IMG/VR virus record: IMGVR_UViG_3300031857_000254 | Location: 1 to 53,562 of that record | DNA: 53,562 nucleotides | Direction: 5' to 3' (one strand) | DNA from: a virus | Lineage: Duplodnaviria; Caudoviricetes | Shown here: piece by piece, positions 9,783 to 19,792 of the stretch | How the letters are laid out: every line of letters starts with the position of its first letter | How positions within the stretch are numbered: position 1 is the stretch's first letter | Program-made: the position numbers and the translations under genes | Notes under the pieces: generated by a model | Seen by the model: only the letters and a program-made list of their open reading frames with translations | Database searches by the model: none | Told to the model about the DNA's origin: nothing

Positions 9783-12700
9783 ATGGCAAACTATCGGTAC
9801 ACATATGAATCCGGCGGATACCGCTACGTAATCGAAGCCCCTGACGGAGCTACGCCAGCTGACCTTCAAGCAATCGTTGACGGTGCCGGGCGGGCGGCTG
9901 CTCTGCCACCGCCTGCTGCAAAGCCGAAGCCGAAGCCGAAGAAGAAAGAAGACGAGTCGTTTCTTAGCGATGTTGGCGCAAGGTTTAAGGGTGGCATCGG
10001 AAGCCTCGTGTCCGAGCTTGGCTTAACATTCAAGCAGGCAGCAAATCTTACTAAATCAGTTCCTGTTATTGGCGAGATAGATAGACAGGTAGACGCGCTA
10101 CTTGGGGATTACCTTCGGAAATCCGGTGAGGGAATTAAGACTAGGGCTGAGGCTGAACTATCTGAGGCGAGCCTTGAAAATCAGGCTAGGCAGCAGAGAG
10201 AAATAGCTCAATCCGATCCCGGCATGGGTTCTAAAATTTACTCTGGGATTGGCAGATATTTGGCAGCGCCTCCAAGTACTAGTACGAAAATATTTAGTCC
10301 AATAGATTACGCCATCAACGCATTCGCCCGTAACTTATTGCCTCAAACGCCGAAAGAGGCTGCTACTCAAATAGCTACAGTTCAAACGGCAGTTGATACG
10401 CCGCGAAGTCTTGCTGAAACTACAGCGTCAATGTTGCCTGCCACGCTTGCTACGGTCATTCCGGGTAAACTCGTTCAGTCCGGTGCTCGCGCAATACTGC
10501 CGCGCTTAGGGGCTGAGGTTTCTGAAGCGGCACTCAACAAAGTGGTTAGGCGCGGCGTTGTTGGTTCTGGTGCCACAATAAACGCAGCTAGTGCTGGTAG
10601 CCAAGCCTACGAAGATGTGCTTGCCAAAGGCGGAACCCAAGAAGAGGCTGACCGTGCATTCCAGATAGCATTTTCTGGCGCAGCAGCTACGTCTGCCGTC
10701 GCGGCAAAAATACCGGGCCTTGAGCAGCGAGTATTCGCCGGTCAACCAGTGCGGGAAGGTATCCTCCGTTCTGCGGGTCGAGCGGCTATTGGCGAGGCTC
10801 CGCAGGAGTTTGTTGAAGAAGCTGGATCTAAGCTGGCAACAAACATCGCCAAGCTCGGAACCGCAGCGGAAGTGCCTATCGGCGAAGATGTTATGTCCTC
10901 CGGCGCTCTGGGCGCAATCGGTGGAGCGACAATCGCAGCCCCTATCGGCGGTCTTCAGGGTGTGTTCTCTGGGCGTGACACGGGGCCAACCGCTCCAACG
11001 TCCGGTGCTGCACAAGCTCCTCGCACTCCACCGCCTCCTCCGCCTCCGCCACCGCCACCAGCAGACATGGAGGCCCTTGCTAAAGCTCTTGGCCCTGTCG
11101 GCGGCAAAGTCATTCTTCAGGAACCAACCGGGCCGCAGGAATATACATTCCAAGGCTTCGATGAAGACGGCGGCGTTGTCCTCGCGGATGCTGACGGCGT
11201 AGTATTCTCTGAAGATCCAGATCAGATTCAGGCTGCGATCAAAGCTGGCGTCGCTGAGCCTGAAAGCGGCTTGGGCGGCATGGCCTTTGGCATGGATATT
11301 ACAGAGGGTCTGGATGATGTGTTTGCTCCACCGCCTCCTCCACCACCACCGCCTACTGCACCTACTGAGAAACCGAAGTTTACCATTGAAACGGCGGAAG
11401 AAGAAGCGGCGCGGGAAGCTAAGGCCGCAATCAAGTCTGGTGCTGTAGCACCACCGGTATTTTCTCCGGATGTGGCCCCACCGATATTTTCACCGCCTGC
11501 TGGGAAGCCGAAGTTCACCATCGAGATGCCTCCTCCTTCGCCAATGAATGCGCAGGGCAAGTCTCAGGTTGGCAAGGTAATCTTTGACCAAGAAAATGGC
11601 GTCGGTCAGGTTCCGTTGAACCAGAACGTGAAGTATCGCGGCTTCACAGCCATGATGCGTCCATCAAAGTTCCTTGAGCTGGCTGCTGATCTTGAAAAGC
11701 CAAAGCAGTCGAGTCTCGATTACATCCGGCAATCCGTAGAAGAAGGTAAGGGCGTTGGATCGCCATTCCTGAATCTGGATTTTGAAACGGGTAAGGTCAA
11801 GAGCCATGATGGTCGTCACCGGATGATGGTCATTCAGGAAAAGAATGGGGACGTTCCTGTCCCGGTTCACATCTTTGGTAAAGGCGAACAGCGCGCAAGG
11901 TCGCTCGATGAAGGCAAGATCAACTCGTTTGCTTCGAGCATGACTGGTGAAGACGGTAGGCAGTCTACGGACAATTTCTCAGAAGCGTTTCTGGATGAGG
12001 CCGCTGTGCCTGTGTCTGCGCCTGCACCTGTACAAGAACCTGTACAAGAGCCTGAGCTCCCGCCGCCACCACCAGAGCGTGTCCGCACCGTAACCACTCC
12101 CGGTGGATCGAAAGTAAAAACTGCCTTCGAGGTCGTGGATGCAGCCAATCTGACAGCGGCTACAGGCGACCTGCAGAACCGCGACCGCAGCCGATCTTCC
12201 ACTGACCTGCAGGTTCAGGACATCTTCGCTAAGTTTGACCCTGAGCGCCTTGGTGAGAGCCTTGAGAGCGACCGTGGTTCTCCGATTGTTGGCCCAGACA
12301 ATGTGGTCGAGAGCGGCAACGGTCGCGTCTTGGCGATTAACAAAGTGTACGACGAGTCTCCTGAGAAGGCTGATGCCTATCGTAAGTTCATTGAAGATCA
12401 GGGCTTCGACATATCTGGTCTTGATCGTCCAGTTCTGGTGCGCCGCCGTATTGACCGGATGACGCCGGAGGAGCGCTCGAAGTTCGTGCGCGAAAGCAAC
12501 ATGGACACGAAGCTGCAGCTCAGCACCAGCGAGAAAGCTCAGACTGACGCAGCGTCTTTGACCCCAGATGTCATGAGCCTCATGGCGTCTCCTGATGTCA
12601 ATGCTTCAACCAATCAGGGATTTGTGCGTGCGTTCCTGTCGAAGCTGCCAACGCAAGAGCAGGCTGCGTTCCTTGATAAAGATGGTCGGTTGTCAGCTGA

Positions 12701-15275
12701 AGGCACTCGCCGCCTTCGCACCGCTGTTAAATCATCGGCATACGGTGATGCTGACCTGATCAACACCCTTGATGAATCTCAGGACAATAACATCAAGAGC
12801 ATTGGTGGTGCGCTTGAGGATGCTGCCCCGGCATGGCGTCGTATGCTCGATGCAATCAAAGAGGGTGATGTCGAGCCAGAAATGGACACGACCAAGCAGC
12901 TTGTTGAAGCGGCAAAGATTGTTCGCGATGTCCGCAACAAGGGCATGAAGATTGGCGACTTCCTAAGCCAGCAGGACGCATTCAATCCGTTGAATCCTGT
13001 GACGGAGCGGTTCATTCGTTCGTTCTATAATGAAACCTTGGGTCGCGCAGCTGGCCGCGAAGCCATTGCTGACGTGCTTGAAAAGTATGCGCGCCGGGCT
13101 TCTGAGCAGACAACGAGCGAGGGCTTGTTTGAGAGCGATTCAATGTCGCCCGTTGAAATCCTTGACGGCATCTTGGACGAACGCGGCAGTGGCGCTGGGC
13201 AGTCCAATATGTTTGCCAGCATCCAGCCGATCTCGCCAAAGCGTCGAGAGGAGATACTCGATGAGGCCCGCAGGGTTCCGTCATTGTCCCGTGGCGTTAC
13301 CAAGCTCATGAAGCTGTGGGCTGACGGCAAGATAAATGCCAATGAGTTTGCTTTTGAGGTAGCGTCGTACTCTAACTTCATTGAAGACATGAAGAACTGG
13401 AAGCGCTGGGAAGATCTTGGTAAGCTGAAGGTTCGTGGCCCTGACAGGATCAGGTCGGTTCTCCTTGAGCAGAAGCGCAAAGGCAACATATCTGAAGAGG
13501 AAGCTAATTTTGCAGAGTGGTTCATTCTGCGCAATGAAAACCTGCTTAATGATCTTGGCATTTCTGTAGTAAAGCAGCCTAAGGATAGTAGTTTCTTAGG
13601 AGAATATGATCCGCTTTCCCGTGTCATGCGCTTGATTAAAGGCCGGGCTAACGATGGCACGACGGTCCATGAAATCATGCACCACCTTGAGCGCATGATG
13701 CCGCAGGATATTCGTGCAGCAATCAAGCGGGCTTGGGCGAAGGAGCTGAATGAAGTTGAGGTGCTTTCTTACGATGGCAAGAATGAAAACGATACCCTGT
13801 TTTTCCAAGCCATCCGTGCGTTCCATAACCAAGAGCAGATTAAGCTAAAGGATAAATACTATAGCCCTAGCTCGGCATTCAAGTTTGCGACGGGGCTGAT
13901 TTCGTCTGGGAAAGTTGACGGACGCCTCTACCAATATGTGAACCCGTCAGAGTTCTGGGCCGTCAACGCCACTGAAATTTTGCAGGGCCGGTATGATGTG
14001 CAGGGTTCGCTGCTTGGACGCCTGAAGAATTGGCTGCGTGAGCTTTCGATAAAGATCAAGGGTCTCTTCAAGCTGGATTCAAACGCGCCAATCATCAAGG
14101 CGCTGGATAGCTTGGCGAAGAGCGATGGTAAGTTTGTTTCTAACCAGATGCTCGAAGACAAGGCTTTTGAATATGCCAACATACGCGACTCTAAGCCTGT
14201 AACTGCCATTGCAGCAGCGGCGGCATTGGCTTCATCGCCAGCAAGTGCGACTATTAACGATACCCCGATTGCGCCGAACAGCGCTCTCTACAAAACGCTT
14301 GAAAGTGGTGACACGAAGAAGGCCATTGAGTTAATCCAGAAGAGCAGCAAGAACCCAGACGCACGGAAAATGGCCGCCATTCTAGCCTTGAACGGCGTTG
14401 GTGATCAGAAGACGGTTATCCTTGATCCGGTCAACGACTATGACAAAGCGATAGCTACGCTCTCAAAGAACGGAGCTGACGAAGATTCCATTTATCTTGT
14501 GACTATCGGTGACGTTCGCGGCATGGTTCTTTCGACGCCAAAAGATAAGAACATCTACCTTATAAAGAACAAATACCAAGCAGCGAACGGTGTTAATGAG
14601 CAGACGTTCCTGCATGAAGCGATCCACGCTTACGTGAAGGCGCGTTGGTCAAGCGTTGGAGTTTACAATGAACGCAATCGTGAGCCTCTGGAAGATCGCG
14701 GTTTATACAATGAAGATGTCGCGGCAGAGGTCCAGAAATTTAATAACATGTGGCGCAAATTCGGTAATGTTATTAAGAAAGAATACGAGGGTGGCGCAGG
14801 CATCCCCAGTACCGTTATAAGCGCAGCGGAATCTCCGAATGAAGCGCTGGCATACCTGCTGACCAATAAGGATATTCAGGATTTCGCTAAGCGTGTCGTG
14901 AAGGATGGCAGCGGTTACCGTCTCATGAGTGAGAAGGAAGCTGGTAAGCGGTCATGGTGGGATGACTTTGTGGATATGATCCGCAAGATATTCGGCATGG
15001 GCCCGGCGCGAGATCAGTTCTTCAACGACTTCCTAGACGCTGCTAATAGCGTAATAGCGGCGGGTGACAAGGCGAAGGCCGACTTCCGCGTAGCTGCAGT
15101 AAACGAAGAATCGGTTTCACCTGAGAAGGTAACAAACAACAAGCAGGCTGTTCAGGCTCTGATTAATGGGACGCCTAAGCAGATGCGGAATGCGGTTGCC
15201 AAAGCGCAGAAACCCAACGATAAGATCATCAAAGAAGGCGCTGACTTGCAGAAAGAAAACCGAGGGTGTGACTGA
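9783..15275 (+). CDS. Large polyvalent virion protein (ParB-like, DdrB-like ParB, two zincin metallopeptidase domains)
   Basis: 1830 aa; HDGRHR; LQNRDRSR..SPIVGPDNVVESGNGR; HEIMHH..EFWA; HEAIHA..E; polyproline linkers. Confidence 0.8.
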   Translation: MANYRYTYESGGYRYVIEAPDGATPADLQAIVDGAGRAAALPPPAAKPKPKPKKKEDESFLSDVGARFKGGIGSLVSELGLTFKQAANLTKSVPVIGEIDRQVDALLGDYLRKSGEGIKTRAEAELSEASLENQARQQREIAQSDPGMGSKIYSGIGRYLAAPPSTSTKIFSPIDYAINAFARNLLPQTPKEAATQIATVQTAVDTPRSLAETTASMLPATLATVIPGKLVQSGARAILPRLGAEVSEAALNKVVRRGVVGSGATINAASAGSQAYEDVLAKGGTQEEADRAFQIAFSGAAATSAVAAKIPGLEQRVFAGQPVREGILRSAGRAAIGEAPQEFVEEAGSKLATNIAKLGTAAEVPIGEDVMSSGALGAIGGATIAAPIGGLQGVFSGRDTGPTAPTSGAAQAPRTPPPPPPPPPPPADMEALAKALGPVGGKVILQEPTGPQEYTFQGFDEDGGVVLADADGVVFSEDPDQIQAAIKAGVAEPESGLGGMAFGMDITEGLDDVFAPPPPPPPPPTAPTEKPKFTIETAEEEAAREAKAAIKSGAVAPPVFSPDVAPPIFSPPAGKPKFTIEMPPPSPMNAQGKSQVGKVIFDQENGVGQVPLNQNVKYRGFTAMMRPSKFLELAADLEKPKQSSLDYIRQSVEEGKGVGSPFLNLDFETGKVKSHDGRHRMMVIQEKNGDVPVPVHIFGKGEQRARSLDEGKINSFASSMTGEDGRQSTDNFSEAFLDEAAVPVSAPAPVQEPVQEPELPPPPPERVRTVTTPGGSKVKTAFEVVDAANLTAATGDLQNRDRSRSSTDLQVQDIFAKFDPERLGESLESDRGSPIVGPDNVVESGNGRVLAINKVYDESPEKADAYRKFIEDQGFDISGLDRPVLVRRRIDRMTPEERSKFVRESNMDTKLQLSTSEKAQTDAASLTPDVMSLMASPDVNASTNQGFVRAFLSKLPTQEQAAFLDKDGRLSAEGTRRLRTAVKSSAYGDADLINTLDESQDNNIKSIGGALEDAAPAWRRMLDAIKEGDVEPEMDTTKQLVEAAKIVRDVRNKGMKIGDFLSQQDAFNPLNPVTERFIRSFYNETLGRAAGREAIADVLEKYARRASEQTTSEGLFESDSMSPVEILDGILDERGSGAGQSNMFASIQPISPKRREEILDEARRVPSLSRGVTKLMKLWADGKINANEFAFEVASYSNFIEDMKNWKRWEDLGKLKVRGPDRIRSVLLEQKRKGNISEEEANFAEWFILRNENLLNDLGISVVKQPKDSSFLGEYDPLSRVMRLIKGRANDGTTVHEIMHHLERMMPQDIRAAIKRAWAKELNEVEVLSYDGKNENDTLFFQAIRAFHNQEQIKLKDKYYSPSSAFKFATGLISSGKVDGRLYQYVNPSEFWAVNATEILQGRYDVQGSLLGRLKNWLRELSIKIKGLFKLDSNAPIIKALDSLAKSDGKFVSNQMLEDKAFEYANIRDSKPVTAIAAAAALASSPASATINDTPIAPNSALYKTLESGDTKKAIELIQKSSKNPDARKMAAILALNGVGDQKTVILDPVNDYDKAIATLSKNGADEDSIYLVTIGDVRGMVLSTPKDKNIYLIKNKYQAANGVNEQTFLHEAIHAYVKARWSSVGVYNERNREPLEDRGLYNEDVAAEVQKFNNMWRKFGNVIKKEYEGGAGIPSTVISAAESPNEALAYLLTNKDIQDFAKRVVKDGSGYRLMSEKEAGKRSWWDDFVDMIRKIFGMGPARDQFFNDFLDAANSVIAAGDKAKADFRVAAVNEESVSPEKVTNNKQAVQALINGTPKQMRNAVAKAQKPNDKIIKEGADLQKENRGCD

Positions 15276-18200
15276 TGATAGGATCTAACTGCTCCCTTGA
15301 TATTGCTGATGTTGCTCTGGACAATCCTCCGGAGGCTCCGGTCTTTTTGGACCCCGTGCAAAACATTGGGGCCTTTTCGTCGTGGCTGCGTCCAGCGACT
15401 GCCGTTGCCCGGAAAAGCAAGTTCTTTGCCCGCATGCACAAGGCAACGAACGACAAGATCAAGATGCGCAACCTTCTCATGGCTGACTTTGAAGGGCTGC
15501 TGCATGAAGTGAACCAGCTGCCGAAGGAATCCAAGCAGAAGCTCAACGCGGTTTTCGAGTATCTCCGCCTGTCAAGGACACCTGTCCGCGACACTGGGCG
15601 TAACTTTTCCCTCAAGACCCGTGAACTTCGGCGCGAAGGTGCGGACGGGATCGAGCGACGCGTCGCTCCTGAACTATCGAAGCCCGGCGAAATACTGAAG
15701 CTGGATGCAAATGAAACCCGCCTGCTACATGAGGTGCGGGATTATCTGGATAGTCGCTTTACGCTGGATGCCAAATCGCGACTGGCTGCGCTTGGTTACG
15801 ATGGTGAATACAGCCGTGAAGGTATTGAAAAGGGTGTTGAGGACGAGGAGTTCCGCGACGAACTTCTCCGCCTGTTCGATGCCATTGAGTCGCAGCGTCT
15901 GATATCTTACATCCCGTTCATGCGCTCAGGTGATACGCGCATCATGGTCTATGGCCCCGATGGCACGATAGACAGTGGCGCTTTCTTCATGCTGGACAGC
16001 CTTCAGTGGCTGAAGAATATGGTGGGACCGAAGGCTGCCAAGCTGATTCCAGATCCGGGCATCAACAAAAAGATTGCTGAGATTCAAAAGAAGTACCCAT
16101 CCAGTGAAGGATACAAGGTGGTCGTGAGTCGCCGCGCTGCCGACGTGAATGAGCGCCTGACTATCGACGACTTATCCGGCTTGGATAAGCTGCTGAACTT
16201 GATGGATGCCAACGCTGGCAAGATCATCAAGAATTACTTCGACCGGACTATGGGCGGCATGTTCTCTCAGGATACCGTTGGTGAACTCAGCGCAGCAAAC
16301 GCAGAGCAGGTTGCGCGTGGCGTAATTGCTGATCTCCCGAAGAGCGTGCGCTCCGTCCTGATGGAAGATCTGATCTCCAGCTACATGAAGCAATCCCGCG
16401 ACATTCCGGGTTATGATACGAACTTCACGGATCGGCTGCTCGATTACAATCGCATCGTGGCATCGACGGTTTCTCACCGGATGTATCGTGAGGAATACTC
16501 CGAGGCGTTTGATGATCTGAAGCGCAACGTAAGCGATGCTGAGCGTGAATATGCTGAGGGCTGGGACGAATACGTAGATAGCCCTGAGCATGGTATATTT
16601 CGCGCTCTCCGGACGATTGGCTTTTTTAACTCTATGTGGGGAAGCATTGCGTCATCATCGGTGAACGCCATGTCTGTCTGGACAGTCACTGCCCCACAGA
16701 TGACGATCATGAAGGGTTCGGCTGGTCTTGATATTTATAAGATGTCAGCTCAGGTCATCGCCGGATTCCGTGGTCAGGTTGGCTATGGAATGCACGTTGA
16801 TCCATACGCGATACCGGGCCTGACCGACGAAGAGCGCGACGCTCTCGTTCTTGCGAACAAGCGTGGAACCGTCCGGGCCCAGATGAACCCAGAGCTTATG
16901 GGTGTTGAAACCGAAATCATGGCGTCTCGCGGCGGCGGTATTAGGCAGGCGGCACAGCGATACTTCCAGTACGGATCGAGCGTCATCTCTGTCACTGAAG
17001 AGATGAACAAGGCGGCTGCGTTCATTGTGGCGTATCGCTATGCCAAAGATCAAAAAGCTCTGAAGAACTGGCAGGAAGCCTACAAGGACAACGAGCGCGC
17101 CAAGATAATCATGGATGAGGGCTCCGATCCCTTCGACGTTGCTGAATTTATGGTTGAGACAGCGACGTTCATGGGCGGTCAGATCGAGAAGCCGCCCGTC
17201 ATGCGTGGTGCTGGCGGCGTGCTGCTACAGTTTTCCCAGTATGCTCTGCAGACTATGTTCTTATTGTCTGAGAATCTCCGCAAGCAGGGCCCGCGTGGTA
17301 AGATAGCTGCCATGTTCACGATCATGACGATGTGGACTGTGGCTGGCCTGTTGTTTGCTATTCCATTTGGCGACGATGCGATCAATATCTTCCAGTATAT
17401 TTATAACAAGCTCAACGGGAAAAAATTAGACATGCGCACTGAGGCGCAGATGATGCTGGCCGAGATGTTTGGCGGCGACGAAGATGCGCGCCGGGATGCA
17501 GAAGCAATCTTCCGTGGGCCGTCACGGGCATTTGGTTTGAATATCAGTGAGCGTATTGGATTCACGTCCATCATCCCTGAATTTGAAGACGGTCTCAGTA
17601 TCGTTCCGGCTATCTCAACCAGCGTCCTGAAGATCTCAGAGTACCTTGATCGTCGCGCATCTGGGGTGCAGCCGATTGGCGCTTATGTGGCAGCTGTATC
17701 GCCGTTCATTGGTAAAGGGCCGTCGGATCTCTTAAAGGGCTTCGTGCAGTATCCGCAGGAGGGCGTCAGGACGCGCTACGGTACGCTTGTAAAACCAGCT
17801 GAGGAAATGGGTTTCTTTGAAGAGCAGCTCCCTCGCGCCGGGGGTTTTCAAACAACTGATATTGCGCGCCGGCAGCAGGCGAGGCAGGCAGTAAAGAATC
17901 TTAATGAGTCCACTCGTGACGCAGAGCGGAGAAATACATTGCGTCTTGGCAAGCTACTGGCTGATGCAGTCAAAGCTGACAAGGCTGGCAAAAAGGCTGA
18001 AGCAGAAAAGATCCGCATGCAATTCGATAGGGAAATACGCAAGATTTCCAGTGAGTATTCAGCTGAAATCCAAGCTGGTAATATGGAAGACGCCATCAAG
18101 CCGCCGTCAGATCAGACTCTTAAAAACGCCATGATGTCGGAGCTATACCCGGGCATGAAGCTCGACAGAGTGGGTAAGCTGAAGCGTCAGGCAGTTGAAG

Positions 18201-18298
18201 ATATTTACCAGACGATTATGGTTGAGGATCAAGAAGACGAATCCGAAGATGGCGAGTATGAAGCGGAGGGCGGGATTGAACCCGCCCTACCCCAGTAA
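15275..18298 (+). CDS. Large ejection protein, polyvalent-associated (PLxRFG-like domain)
   Basis: 1007 aa; YIPFMRSG motif; QFSQY followed by hydrophobic GLLFAIPF segment; TGATG-coupled to upstream gene. Confidence 0.65.
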   Translation: MIGSNCSLDIADVALDNPPEAPVFLDPVQNIGAFSSWLRPATAVARKSKFFARMHKATNDKIKMRNLLMADFEGLLHEVNQLPKESKQKLNAVFEYLRLSRTPVRDTGRNFSLKTRELRREGADGIERRVAPELSKPGEILKLDANETRLLHEVRDYLDSRFTLDAKSRLAALGYDGEYSREGIEKGVEDEEFRDELLRLFDAIESQRLISYIPFMRSGDTRIMVYGPDGTIDSGAFFMLDSLQWLKNMVGPKAAKLIPDPGINKKIAEIQKKYPSSEGYKVVVSRRAADVNERLTIDDLSGLDKLLNLMDANAGKIIKNYFDRTMGGMFSQDTVGELSAANAEQVARGVIADLPKSVRSVLMEDLISSYMKQSRDIPGYDTNFTDRLLDYNRIVASTVSHRMYREEYSEAFDDLKRNVSDAEREYAEGWDEYVDSPEHGIFRALRTIGFFNSMWGSIASSSVNAMSVWTVTAPQMTIMKGSAGLDIYKMSAQVIAGFRGQVGYGMHVDPYAIPGLTDEERDALVLANKRGTVRAQMNPELMGVETEIMASRGGGIRQAAQRYFQYGSSVISVTEEMNKAAAFIVAYRYAKDQKALKNWQEAYKDNERAKIIMDEGSDPFDVAEFMVETATFMGGQIEKPPVMRGAGGVLLQFSQYALQTMFLLSENLRKQGPRGKIAAMFTIMTMWTVAGLLFAIPFGDDAINIFQYIYNKLNGKKLDMRTEAQMMLAEMFGGDEDARRDAEAIFRGPSRAFGLNISERIGFTSIIPEFEDGLSIVPAISTSVLKISEYLDRRASGVQPIGAYVAAVSPFIGKGPSDLLKGFVQYPQEGVRTRYGTLVKPAEEMGFFEEQLPRAGGFQTTDIARRQQARQAVKNLNESTRDAERRNTLRLGKLLADAVKADKAGKKAEAEKIRMQFDREIRKISSEYSAEIQAGNMEDAIKPPSDQTLKNAMMSELYPGMKLDRVGKLKRQAVEDIYQTIMVEDQEDESEDGEYEAEGGIEPALPQ

Positions 18299-18595
18299 TT
18301 AAAACGGAACATCATCCCCGCCTAAGTCACGCGCTGCAGGCTGATAGCCGTCTGCCTTAGCGGCTGAGTGCGCCTGCTGGCCGCCGCCATCCTTAGGCTC
18401 ATAGAGCGACACGATGATGCTCTCACGGCCTTCATTGCCGCCAACGCCAGCTGGATTGAACGTGCGGTCGAGCAGGATGTAAGGGCCCTTGTCCCCGTCC
18501 ATCATGACGCCGACGTTCTTGAACCGGCCCTTGGTCTGGCCTTGGCCATCTGTGTATTCGCCAACCTTGACGACGAGATCATACTTTTTACCCAT
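18299..18595 (-). CDS. Putative single-stranded DNA-binding protein
   Basis: 98 aa beta-rich with acidic DDVPF C-terminal tip; adjacent to recT. Confidence 0.6.
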   Translation of the reverse strand: MGKKYDLVVKVGEYTDGQGQTKGRFKNVGVMMDGDKGPYILLDRTFNPAGVGGNEGRESIIVSLYEPKDGGGQQAHSAAKADGYQPAARDLGGDDVPF

Positions 18596-18606
18596 TTACT
18601 TTCTCC

Positions 18607-19641
18607 TTATTGAAACAGCTTCATTAACTTGGTGGTGTTGCGTGGGGCCATTAGCTCTGCCTCTTCAAGCATTGCTTCGTGCAATACGCGCCATGCTTCG
18701 CGTTCTTCAGGGGACAGGCTTGCAACAATCTCACACGCAGTGATTGCCCACCCATCCCAATCCGTCATGCCTTCTTCGTCTTCGCCAGCCTCCAGCACAT
18801 CGATGTGCAGCGGAGCCTTAGGCTTAGCCTTGGCTACAATCTTTTCCTCAAGGGTCTGCACCTGAGCTTCGGCTGCAGGAACGTCATCGAAGTCGGTGAT
18901 GTCCATCTCGCTGCCGCTATACTCATCGGCCTCGATGATGCCTTCAGCCTGATTGTCAGCCATCACAGCACGCTGCGCTTCGGTGGACAGTGGCATATAC
19001 TTGCTGGCTCGGCGGACCACAGTCTTGCGCCACATCTCAGCTTCATCAGTCTTCCAAGGGCCGACGATAGTGCCGTCCTTAGTCTTCGATGATGAGCGGT
19101 CACGGATCGAAAGGATCTCTTCCTTGCTCATGATCTCGAACTGCGTCTCGCCGTTCTTCAACTTCCACACACAGTACGCGCCGATCTTCTCACCGCGATC
19201 AGACAGGCCATGCTTGTGGATGATGCGCGACTCGATGCCTTCTTCGACCTCGAACAAGTCTTTGCTATATACCAGACGGCTCTCGATCTTCAGAACCTCA
19301 CCAGCCTGCAGCGCCAGCTTCATCAATCCCTTATAACGTGGACGGAACTGCGCGACATTCTTCTTCATGCGGCCATCCCAAACCTTCAGGATGTCAGCCT
19401 CACCCATGCTCTTATTGAGCGACAGGCCAAGCTCAGCGGCGCTCAGGCACGCCTTCAGCAGTGAACCACGGTCGCAGTCCAGCAAGTCCATGTTGTCAGC
19501 GACAGCCGCCACCACAATGCCTTGGAACTTATCGACTGTCATAGACTGCGGGAGAAGGCTGCGGAGATGCCCTTCGCGCATGGCCAGCTCCTGCTTAAAC
19601 CGATCTATCGGCTTCACGGGAACCATCTCATTACTTTGCAT
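18607..19641 (-). CDS. recT: RecT family single-strand annealing recombinase
   Basis: SLLKACLSAAELGL, YKGLMKLA, GPWKTDEAEMWRKTVVRRASKYMPLS. Confidence 0.92.
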   Translation of the reverse strand: MQSNEMVPVKPIDRFKQELAMREGHLRSLLPQSMTVDKFQGIVVAAVADNMDLLDCDRGSLLKACLSAAELGLSLNKSMGEADILKVWDGRMKKNVAQFRPRYKGLMKLALQAGEVLKIESRLVYSKDLFEVEEGIESRIIHKHGLSDRGEKIGAYCVWKLKNGETQFEIMSKEEILSIRDRSSSKTKDGTIVGPWKTDEAEMWRKTVVRRASKYMPLSTEAQRAVMADNQAEGIIEADEYSGSEMDITDFDDVPAAEAQVQTLEEKIVAKAKPKAPLHIDVLEAGEDEEGMTDWDGWAITACEIVASLSPEEREAWRVLHEAMLEEAELMAPRNTTKLMKLFQ

Positions 19642-19792
19642 TTTTCAATTCCTCTTCTAGATCATCAATCATTAATTCAATGGCACGTTCGACAACGGCT
19701 CGAAGCGTAGGCTTTAGCGGGTGCTTGGCTGCGACATCGCGCAGCCTTGCCAGCAGATCCCTATCGACCCTCATCATAACAATATCTTTCAT
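19631..19792 (-). CDS. Ribbon-helix-helix (Arc/CopG-like) DNA-binding protein, 53 aa (not in ORF track)
   Basis: MKDIVMMRVDRDLLARLRDVAAKH..LRAVVERAIEL; overlap-coupled to both neighbours. Confidence 0.65.
   Translation of the reverse strand: MKDIVMMRVDRDLLARLRDVAAKHPLKPTLRAVVERAIELMIDDLEEELKNAK

Noticed and set aside
15265-15285. Stop-codon readthrough or alternative genetic code joining the two giant ORFs
   Set aside because: The ORFs are in different frames with an ordinary TGATG overlap; TAA, TAG and TGA all end genes normally elsewhere
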